From the NCBI GenBank assembly GCA_013306035.1, contig JABUBF010000001.1, positions 12,220-44,219 on the forward strand: a stretch of DNA of 32,000 bases. The letters run 5' to 3'. Positions 23,484 through 30,845 of the stretch are shown piece by piece. Below the pieces are notes generated by a model, which saw nothing but the letters and a program-made list of their open reading frames with translations, did not search any database and was not told where the DNA came from. The translations under genes were made by a program, and so were the position numbers. Within the stretch, counting starts at the first letter, position 1. Each line of letters opens with the position of its first letter. The DNA is from Nitrososphaerota archaeon. GTDB lineage: Archaea > Thermoproteota > Nitrososphaeria > Nitrososphaerales > UBA57.

Positions 23484-24341
23484 TTAAGCAGGAACTAAAT
23501 ATTTAATTTCCTTCAAATTATCTTCTAATGTATTTTCATTCGGCATTACTATGGCTGGTAGAAATCTCTTTGAGGTACTTTCTGTTAATGCCTGACCTCC
23601 GACTACTATAGGTTTGTCATATCCTTTGGATATGTTCTTAACAAGATTTATACCACTTTGTACATTTGCAGGCAGTGTTATAGATACTAATACCATATCT
23701 GGTTCGATATTTGCTACGTATTTTATTACATCCTTGCTTGGAGTCGACGGAGATATATTATATACATTATAACCCTTGTTAGTTAATATCGATTCAAGCA
23801 TATTACATACAATATTATGACGTTCACCAGAAGGATTACATATCAATAATTTAGATTTTTTCTTCTTCTTCACGTCTTTCTTATTCATCTCACTAATTAT
23901 TCCAAGTAATCTATTACTTACAACATGTTCTGTTCCTATCATCAATTCATTTCGCCTCCAACGATCACCTACGTCATATAGAATGTGTTTCACTATTTTA
24001 TCATAAAATTCTAGTATTGAAAAATCATCACTATATTCATCATATACAATAGATAAGTTAATAGGTCCAGGACCTGCTAATTTTTTGAATAAATCTTTAC
24101 GTACCTTTTCAACATATTTATTATAATTTTTACCTGATGCGTTCTGGTCCTTGGCAAAGAATTTAATTATATTCTTGTTATCTATATAATCTTCTGGAAT
24201 ATCATCTAATGTGATTTTCTCAGTTCTTCCAAGATATTTTATCGTTTCCTGTTTTGATACCTTTTTCTTCTTGTCCCAGATACTTCTTACTAGGTACGAA
24301 TAATCCATTCCTTTTACTCGTTTATTTCTTATGTAGACCAT
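23484..24341 (-). CDS. CarH-like cobalamin (B12)-binding protein with a non-MerR N-terminal domain; putative B12/light-responsive regulator
   Basis: C-terminal Rossmann-type B12 domain LLICNPSGERHNIV...DMVLVSITL...PIVVGGQAL (E-x-H lower-ligand motif). It is preceded by a helical-bundle cap motif VGDRWRRNELMIGTEHVVS. Both are collinear with CarH (VGEAWHRGEIGVAEEHLAS ... PPGERHEIG). The N-terminus reads YIRNKRVKGMDYSYLVRSIWDKKKKVSKQETIKYLG. Confidence 0.7.
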   Translation of the reverse strand: MVYIRNKRVKGMDYSYLVRSIWDKKKKVSKQETIKYLGRTEKITLDDIPEDYIDNKNIIKFFAKDQNASGKNYNKYVEKVRKDLFKKLAGPGPINLSIVYDEYSDDFSILEFYDKIVKHILYDVGDRWRRNELMIGTEHVVSNRLLGIISEMNKKDVKKKKKSKLLICNPSGERHNIVCNMLESILTNKGYNVYNISPSTPSKDVIKYVANIEPDMVLVSITLPANVQSGINLVKNISKGYDKPIVVGGQALTESTSKRFLPAIVMPNENTLEDNLKEIKYLVPA

Positions 24342-24384
24342 TGAGACACTAAATCACATTCTAATATATATAGTATTTAGCACT

Positions 24385-24396
24385 AGAATTAATTCT
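24385..24396. promoter_or_regulatory. perfect 12-bp palindrome AGAATTAATTCT flanked by GCACT direct repeats, between divergent promoters
   Basis: Read directly: GCACT-AGAATTAATTCT-TGGCACT. It lies between TATA-like elements facing the B12-binding gene (about 24361-24376) and the epimerase gene (about 24431-24440). Confidence 0.3.
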
Positions 24397-24454
24397 TGGC
24401 ACTATGAAGAATCTTCTATATGTATTATAAATGATAATAAAAAATATCTGACGT

Positions 24455-25348
24455 ATGAAGAAAATACTAGTTAGCGGTTCTACTGGTTTTATTGGCAAGA
24501 ATTTTATAAATTTCATCACACACGAATCATTTTCCGTAACAAAATTAGTAAGAAAAAATAATCATGTTGATGATTCTAGTATATTTTGGAATCCATATGA
24601 GGACGTATTAAACATAGATAAATTCGAAGATTTTGATGTAATAATTCATCTGTCAGGACGTTCTCCTATAACAAGAATTACTCAAAATGTAAAACAGGCC
24701 TTGTATTCAAGTCGAGTCGAAACAACAAAAAATTTAGTTAATATGATAACTAAATTAAAAAAACCTCCTGACGTTTTTCTCTGTGCGTCAGCTACAGGTT
24801 ACTATGGCGATCAGGGAAATACTGATTTATACGAGTCTTCTAATGCAGGAAATGGATTCTGGTCGGATATGTGCAGTGATTGGGAAACTGCCACTATACC
24901 TGTAAAAGAACTTGGTATAAGAACAGTAAATCTTCGTATTGGCAATGTTATTGATAAGGTAATGAATTTAATATTATTGAAACTTCCAATATTCTCAGAT
25001 TTTGGTCATGGCAATCAGTATTATCCATTTATCTCAATGCATGAATTAAATAATATTCTTCTTCATGTAATACAGAACGACAATATTAACGGTCCAGTTA
25101 ATTTAGTATCTCCTCAACCCATAACCAATCACATGTTTAATCAAGCATTAAGTAAGGTTTATCACCGCCCTGCAATATTATCTATTCCCGAAATTCTTCC
25201 AAGATTGTTTCTAGGACGAGAAATTGCAAATCTTCTATATGGTAGTAGTAAAGTTTTCCCTAAAAAATTACTTGATTCAGGTTATAAATTTGCTGAAAAT
25301 ACTCCTGAAGAATCGATAATTCATTACAAAAATTACCGAGTCAAATAG
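24455..25348 (+). CDS. NAD-dependent epimerase/dehydratase family protein (YfcH/SDR39U1-like, TIGR01777-type)
   Basis: N-terminal Rossmann motif ILVSGSTGFIGKNF. Internal IHLSGRS, SSRVETTKNL, CASATGYYG and WE motifs, plus a C-terminal extension collinear with YfcH-type proteins. Confidence 0.7.
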   Translation: MKKILVSGSTGFIGKNFINFITHESFSVTKLVRKNNHVDDSSIFWNPYEDVLNIDKFEDFDVIIHLSGRSPITRITQNVKQALYSSRVETTKNLVNMITKLKKPPDVFLCASATGYYGDQGNTDLYESSNAGNGFWSDMCSDWETATIPVKELGIRTVNLRIGNVIDKVMNLILLKLPIFSDFGHGNQYYPFISMHELNNILLHVIQNDNINGPVNLVSPQPITNHMFNQALSKVYHRPAILSIPEILPRLFLGREIANLLYGSSKVFPKKLLDSGYKFAENTPEESIIHYKNYRVK

Positions 25349-25364
25349 GTGAATAAGTGTATAA

Positions 25365-25830
25365 TTGATTTATCTGGATTATGTTATTATTGGACTCATA
25401 TCTGGTATTTTCCCCACAATAGTTATGTCAATCTTTGAATTTCCATTCTATAAAATTTGGGGCATTAAGAGTGTATATGAACTTCATGAAAGTGAGATGA
25501 TTGTGTGTAAATTGATGAAAAGAAAATTCCAGAATAATATCTCCCGTATGGGAATCTTGACACATCTGCTCAACGGATCTTTGCTCTCCGTACCTTTTGT
25601 TATTTTCATTAATCTAACAAAATACCAATCCTAGTATAATTATTGGAATACTTTATTCTGTTGTTATTTGGCTTGTTACATTATTACCTGTTCATAAACT
25701 GATTACTGGTGAATCTATTAGTGAAAATCCTTACGGATACCAACCTGCTTTGGTCAGTATAATTGGACACTTTATCTATGGCATTATGTTGTACTATAGC
25801 TATATGACTCTTGGAGGTCTTTTGAATTGA
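25365..25830 (+). pseudogene. small 4-TM membrane protein, paralog of 25827-26291, interrupted by a +1 frameshift at about 25632
   Basis: Frame 0 (25365-25634) aligns to the first about 90 aa of the downstream paralog and ends at TCC-TAG. The +1 frame (open 25618-25830, IIIGILYSVVIW...GHFIYGIMLYYSYM) aligns to the second half of the paralog. That frame has no start codon of its own near its 5' end. Confidence 0.65.
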
Positions 25831-26291
25831 ACTTTGATTTTCTTCTTAATGGATTAATTGCTGGTTTTATAGCCACCGGCGCAATGTCTATCCTTCAAAT
25901 TCCAATGTACAAAAAATGGGGAATGACTTCTGTTCTTGAATGGCACGAAAACCAGGTTATTACATCTAAAATTATTAAAAATAATCCTGAAGAATTATTA
26001 ATCCCGAGCTTCTTTTTTCATTTTCTCCACGGCGGGCTTGGAGGCATAGCTTTTGCCATTACTGTAAGTATAATTAATTTTCAGGTGTCATATTTGATTT
26101 CTGGAACCGTTTTAGGATTTCTTTTTGCTTTAGTTGTTCTAATTATTCATGAGCCAATTACAAAAGTCAAACCTCTTCAGCATCCATTAGGAAATCTTCC
26201 AGTTATTGCAAGTTTCGTAAATCACGCAATTTATGGCGCTGCATTAGGATATTTTCTTTTTCATCTTTCTCACTTTGATATTATTTTATAA
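25827..26291 (+). CDS. small integral membrane protein (4 predicted TM, unknown family)
   Basis: 154-aa hydrophobic ORF with a TTG start overlapping the stop of the upstream paralog (TTGA). Motifs shared with the paralog are G.IAG......MS....P.YK.WG..SV.E.HE and NH.IYG..LGY. Confidence 0.7.
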   Translation: MNFDFLLNGLIAGFIATGAMSILQIPMYKKWGMTSVLEWHENQVITSKIIKNNPEELLIPSFFFHFLHGGLGGIAFAITVSIINFQVSYLISGTVLGFLFALVVLIIHEPITKVKPLQHPLGNLPVIASFVNHAIYGAALGYFLFHLSHFDIIL

Positions 26292-27629
26292 TTGTGTTGT
26301 GTAAATCTCTTTATCATAAAATGTAAAGTGTGCTACTACTAGTAATACTGCAACTATACATAGACCTATTATGTTCAATATTGACGTGTTTACATCAGGA
26401 AAACTTCCTAAAATTGCCATTCCTTTACTAACTTGATATGGTCCAATTTTTGGTAAATATGAAATCAAATACATGGTGTCTGTTAACCAGAATAACGCTG
26501 CAGTCCAACCTACTATTCCTGCCAACAACGATCCTAGTCTAGCTCTCTTTCTTACGAAATAATAACCTATTCCAATTACTGTTAACCAGACCAAAGTTAC
26601 TATGCCTGTTAATGGTTGCATTGTCATCAATCTTTGATCTATGAGATAATGTAAGACCCCTGTAATTCCTAATATTATCAATAAATAAGAAAGGTAATTT
26701 TCTTTTTTTGTGAATTCTTCTTTATCTTCCTCATGCGAAGTTAATTTTAATGATTCATCTACTCCTTTTAGTGGAATTGGTATCAAGTCCATTATTGATT
26801 TCTCAGTCATTACTGATTCATTTTTTAATCCTTCCACTAATGGCCGCGCTAATGATGCTTTTATCGGCGTAACCAAATCTACCCAATATGAGGTGAATCT
26901 CAGGCTTAGAAATGGTATAATTATCATTATTATAGATTTGTTATTTATTTTTCCATACTTTTTCATCATTTCTCTATATTCTAGTATGTCAGGTCCTCCA
27001 ATATCGAATGTTCTCGCTTCAGTTTCTTTAACATTCAAACTTTCATAGAGATATCGTACTACATCGTCTATGTATATTGGCTGTAATTTTGTCAGAACCC
27101 ATTTTGGACAGACCATTATTGGTAATCTTTCTACTAAATACCTCATCATTTCAAAGCCTCCGCCTCCTTTACCTAGAATGACTGAAGCACGAAACACTGT
27201 GACCTTAGCTTTCGACGTTTTTAAAATCTCGCCTACTTCTTGTCTACTTGACATATGTTTAGACATCTCATTATCTGGGATACTCACTAATCCTCCTACA
27301 TATATTATTCTCTTTACATTGCATTCTGTCGATGCATCGGCAAAGTTCTTTGCAATCCTTTTATCCAGATCTACAAATCTTTCCCAATCCTTTGATTCAC
27401 CCTCCATTGAATGAATAAGGTAATATACAACATCAATTCCTTCTAGAGCCTTCAGTACTTGTTTATAGTCTTGTGCATCAGCTTTTATTTTCTCTAGATT
27501 ATTATGTTCTAAATTATCTAAACTCTCTAAATTCCTCGACATTACTCGAACGGATATTTTTTTTCCTAATAGAAATCGAACAAGTTTCTTACCAATAAAA
27601 CCACTTGCTCCCGTGATCAGTATTTTCAT
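26286..27629 (-). CDS. NAD(P)-binding SDR/NmrA-like protein fused to a C-terminal multi-TM domain
   Basis: N-terminal ILITGASGFIGKKLVRFL Rossmann motif and about 300 aa of atypical-SDR fold. After an acidic linker (HEEDKEEF), about 130 aa contain four hydrophobic helices. Confidence 0.7.
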   Translation of the reverse strand: MKILITGASGFIGKKLVRFLLGKKISVRVMSRNLESLDNLEHNNLEKIKADAQDYKQVLKALEGIDVVYYLIHSMEGESKDWERFVDLDKRIAKNFADASTECNVKRIIYVGGLVSIPDNEMSKHMSSRQEVGEILKTSKAKVTVFRASVILGKGGGGFEMMRYLVERLPIMVCPKWVLTKLQPIYIDDVVRYLYESLNVKETEARTFDIGGPDILEYREMMKKYGKINNKSIIMIIIPFLSLRFTSYWVDLVTPIKASLARPLVEGLKNESVMTEKSIMDLIPIPLKGVDESLKLTSHEEDKEEFTKKENYLSYLLIILGITGVLHYLIDQRLMTMQPLTGIVTLVWLTVIGIGYYFVRKRARLGSLLAGIVGWTAALFWLTDTMYLISYLPKIGPYQVSKGMAILGSFPDVNTSILNIIGLCIVAVLLVVAHFTFYDKEIYTTQL

Positions 27630-27657
27630 TTCTTACACTATATCTTTCATAATATTA

Positions 27658-27987
27658 CTAAATACTTTCCATGTACATAGATACAGGATTATCATTTGCC
27701 ATTTTATTCCATAATTCAGTATCATGTATCTGAATTAATTGTATGTCGTTCATTTCTGTTTTTCCTGTTGTAGTTACTATGTTTTCATTTTCGGTTGTAA
27801 AATTTATTTTAATGTTCTTTCCAACATCATGAAATTCTTCAGGAATAAGAATTTCTTTTTCTCCATATTTGATATATATTGGAATTTCTAAATCATCATT
27901 AAAAATTTTTCCTGAAATATTAGATTCTGTTAAACTTACATCAACTTGAAACTTTATTGGGAATTCAATTTTTATATTCATAAACAT
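27658..27987 (-). CDS. hypothetical protein (no recognisable motif)
   Basis: 109-aa ORF, acidic, no TM. The coding call rests on length and its position downstream of nothing else on this strand. Start could be M1 or M3. Confidence 0.45.
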   Translation of the reverse strand: MFMNIKIEFPIKFQVDVSLTESNISGKIFNDDLEIPIYIKYGEKEILIPEEFHDVGKNIKINFTTENENIVTTTGKTEMNDIQLIQIHDTELWNKMANDNPVSMYMESI

Positions 27988-28051
27988 TCTTGAGATTCTT
28001 TATTTAAATCTGTACAACTATTTTTTCTCAATTTATCTCTATGAATCTTTA

Positions 28052-28252
28052 TTATTTTATTATATTTGCTATATTTTTATATATATAATGCCATTTGGCT
28101 AAAGACAGCGGCGTCAAACTCCATGCTTGTTCACCTACTATGGGATTCATGGATGTTAAAGAAGAAAATCTTATTCCTGAAGTCGATGATATTGTTGGAG
28201 CATCTGCATTCTTATCATAGGCCAGCGAACTTGATGCATTGACACTATTCAT
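28052..28252 (-). CDS. hypothetical small protein (66 aa)
   Basis: This is the only ORF in an otherwise 290-nt gap, and its G+C is slightly higher than the flanks. No motif recognised. Confidence 0.3.
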   Translation of the reverse strand: MNSVNASSSLAYDKNADAPTISSTSGIRFSSLTSMNPIVGEQAWSLTPLSLAKWHYIYKNIANIIK

Positions 28253-28278
28253 TTAAGTATTAGAAATTTAGATTCAAA

Positions 28279-28653
28279 GTGAGAAAGATGAAAATAAGCT
28301 CCAGACCAGTTAAAGAATATATTATTTCTAGTTTGATTAAACATGATTCTTCTGATAATTTGGCACGCCGAACTGCAATACAGTCCCATTCAATGACTTC
28401 TCCATATGTTAAATGGATTGATGGTATTGTTTATCGACTTCTTAATTTAACTTTTGGTGGCGTAGATGAACGACTCACTGAACAATTTGTTGACAATGGT
28501 ATTATGTGGATAGACATTGAATATGCAGAAATGCCAACTTTTACATCTACTATTAATTCTCCTCAAGAAAATATTGTTGTTCCAGTTATTAATAACAGCA
28601 GTGACTCAAATGAAAAAGCATTAATTACGTGGATTAAGGATAATAGTCAATAA
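28279..28653 (+). CDS. hypothetical protein (124 aa)
   Basis: ORF with a GTG start (alternative ATG 28288), ending 4 nt before the MTHFS gene. No motif recognised. Confidence 0.45.
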   Translation: MRKMKISSRPVKEYIISSLIKHDSSDNLARRTAIQSHSMTSPYVKWIDGIVYRLLNLTFGGVDERLTEQFVDNGIMWIDIEYAEMPTFTSTINSPQENIVVPVINNSSDSNEKALITWIKDNSQ

Positions 28654-28657
28654 GTAT

Positions 28658-29218
28658 ATGACTGATTCTCGTGAATTAATTCGTAGCCAGATTAAACATA
28701 CACGCACATCACAATCTGTAGATGATATTAATCTCAAATCTCAAAGTATACAGAATAAATTATTCTCTAATGAAATCTTCATGAAGAGTGACTGTGTTGC
28801 TTTTTATTATTCTTTGAATACGGAAGTTAATACTCATAATATGATTGATAAAACCCTGAATATTGGAAAAACAGTTTGTCTGCCCAGGATTAATGTTGAA
28901 TCTAAAAATATGATATTTCATATAATCAACAATACCTATACTATGAAAACAAATAATCTTGGCATTCTTGAACCCACCGATGGAGAAATTTGTACGAATA
29001 TTGATGTTATTATTGTTCCTGGCCTTGCTTTTGATCAATCAGGTAATAGGTTAGGTTTTGGTTCTGGATATTATGATAAATTCCTAAATTCTCAATCTAT
29101 TGAATATAAAATTGCACTAGCATTTGATTTCCAGGTTGTTGATAAGATTGATATTATCGAACATGACGTCCCTATGGACCTGATTATTACTGAAAATCGC
29201 ACAATTAAAGTTAGATAA
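28658..29218 (+). CDS. 5-formyltetrahydrofolate cyclo-ligase
   Basis: ILEP, VPGLAFDQSGNRLGFGSGYYDKFL and HDVPMD motifs are characteristic of the MTHFS family. 186 aa. Confidence 0.85.
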   Translation: MTDSRELIRSQIKHTRTSQSVDDINLKSQSIQNKLFSNEIFMKSDCVAFYYSLNTEVNTHNMIDKTLNIGKTVCLPRINVESKNMIFHIINNTYTMKTNNLGILEPTDGEICTNIDVIIVPGLAFDQSGNRLGFGSGYYDKFLNSQSIEYKIALAFDFQVVDKIDIIEHDVPMDLIITENRTIKVR

Positions 29219-29263
29219 ATTATAAACATTTTAACTATTGTAATGTTTACATGATTATAGAAA

Positions 29264-30070
29264 TTGCAAAGCACTATTAATTCAAAATTACACGATTTAG
29301 AATCATGGTTTAAAAATTATGATTCCGTTTTGATTGCATTTTCAGGTGGAGTAGATAGTACTTTGTTAGCAAAAGCAGCATTTATTAGCATAGGTAAAAA
29401 AGCAATTGCAGTTACAGCTGATTCACCTAGTATCCCAAGAAGTGAATTAACTAACGCAAAATCTCTTGCTAAAATGATTGGAATCAAACATCTTATAGTA
29501 AATACTAATGAAATGGAAAATCCACAATACACTCAAAATCCATCTAATCGATGTTATTATTGCAAGTCTGAATTATTTTCGACTTTGTCCAATCTTTTAA
29601 AGGAAAAAGATATTGAGATTATAGTAGATGGCACAAATATAGACGACTTATCTGATTTTCGTCCTGGTCTACAAGCAGCAAATGAAAATCAAATTCATCA
29701 TCCCTTTGTAGATCTTAAATTTACTAAACTTGATATTCGAAATATTTCCAAACATCTACAATTATCAACTGCAGATCGACCATCTGCACCGTGTCTTTCT
29801 TCACGTGTCTCTTATGGCCAGCCTATAACTCTTAAAACATTAACAAAAATCGAAAAAGCTGAAGCATTCATTAAAGAACTTACAGGAATTGAAGTTTTAC
29901 GTGTGCGAGATCATAATAATATGGCAAGAATTGAAGTGGGAAAACACGAACGCTCCTTGTTGTTTGACGAAATAATTATGGATAGAATCGATAAAGAATT
30001 AAAACACATCGGTTTCAAGTACATAACCTTGGAACTATCAGGTTATAAATCAGGTAATCTAAATAAATAA
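29264..30070 (+). CDS. larE: LarE-type ATP-dependent sulfur transferase (PP-loop ATP pyrophosphatase, NPN cofactor synthesis)
   Basis: PP-loop AFSGGVDST. The only three cysteines are C97/C100 (RCYYCK) and C177 (APCLSSR). Size and gene context (next to larB and larC) fit. TTG start. Confidence 0.75.
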   Translation: MQSTINSKLHDLESWFKNYDSVLIAFSGGVDSTLLAKAAFISIGKKAIAVTADSPSIPRSELTNAKSLAKMIGIKHLIVNTNEMENPQYTQNPSNRCYYCKSELFSTLSNLLKEKDIEIIVDGTNIDDLSDFRPGLQAANENQIHHPFVDLKFTKLDIRNISKHLQLSTADRPSAPCLSSRVSYGQPITLKTLTKIEKAEAFIKELTGIEVLRVRDHNNMARIEVGKHERSLLFDEIIMDRIDKELKHIGFKYITLELSGYKSGNLNK

Positions 30071-30080
30071 TCTTACAAAA

Positions 30081-30845
30081 ATGATCATTGATGAAATATT
30101 GAAAAAAGTTTCAACTGGTGAACTTACTCCTAGTGCTGCAAAAAAACAAATTCAATTAAATTCTATACACGAAGTTCAGAATATCGCAAAGATTGATACT
30201 GGACGTTTATTTCGAAAAGGTGTTCCTGAGATCATTCTTGCAGAAGGAAAGTCTCCAGATCAAGTTGTTAAAATTGCTAAAAACATGTTCTCAACTTCAG
30301 GTCATGTGATAATTAGCCGTACTGATAAATCTCATATTACTGCAATCTCTAAATCTTTTACTAAAAAATACATTTGTAAAAATGTTCTTGCAAATACTGT
30401 CGTAATATCTAATAAAAAGAAGCAAAAAGTTCATGGACATGTTGCAATTATTACTGCAGGTACTGCAGATATTCCTGTTGCTGAAGAAGCTAAAGTAATA
30501 GTTGATGAAGTAGGATGTAAAAGTACTACATATTATGACGTTGGAATTGCGGGAATACATAGATTATTTTCCTCACTTTCATCTGTTATTCAAGACGATG
30601 TAGATGTAATAGTGGCCGTTGCAGGTCGTGAAGGAGCTATGCCTTCTATTATTGCTGGTATGGTTGACATACCTGTTATTGGAGTACCAACATCAATCGG
30701 TTATGGCTATGGTGACAAAGGAACTGCTGCATTGATGAGTATGCTACAATCCTGTGCACTTGGTATTGCAACTGTAAATATTGATTCCGGTATTGCTGCA
30801 GGAGTTCTTGCATCAATTATTGTTCAAAAAAAATCAATTAAATAA
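30081..30845 (+). CDS. larB: LarB-type nicotinic acid adenine dinucleotide carboxylase/hydrolase (PurE-like)
   Basis: PurE-like core HVAIITAGTADIPVAEEA, VAVAGREGAMPSIIAG and IGVPTSIGYG. About 250 aa with the N-terminal extension typical of LarB. Confidence 0.8.
   Translation: MIIDEILKKVSTGELTPSAAKKQIQLNSIHEVQNIAKIDTGRLFRKGVPEIILAEGKSPDQVVKIAKNMFSTSGHVIISRTDKSHITAISKSFTKKYICKNVLANTVVISNKKKQKVHGHVAIITAGTADIPVAEEAKVIVDEVGCKSTTYYDVGIAGIHRLFSSLSSVIQDDVDVIVAVAGREGAMPSIIAGMVDIPVIGVPTSIGYGYGDKGTAALMSMLQSCALGIATVNIDSGIAAGVLASIIVQKKSIK

Noticed and set aside
23437-28653. Possibility that the block downstream of tRNA-Trp is an integrated mobile element or genomic island.
   Set aside because: I saw no integrase, transposase, terminal inverted repeats or direct repeat of the tRNA 3' end. 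By eye, composition matches the rest of the window. The N-terminal KG..Y.YLV motif of the B12-binding protein is only reminiscent of DNA-binding arms, not of a recombinase.
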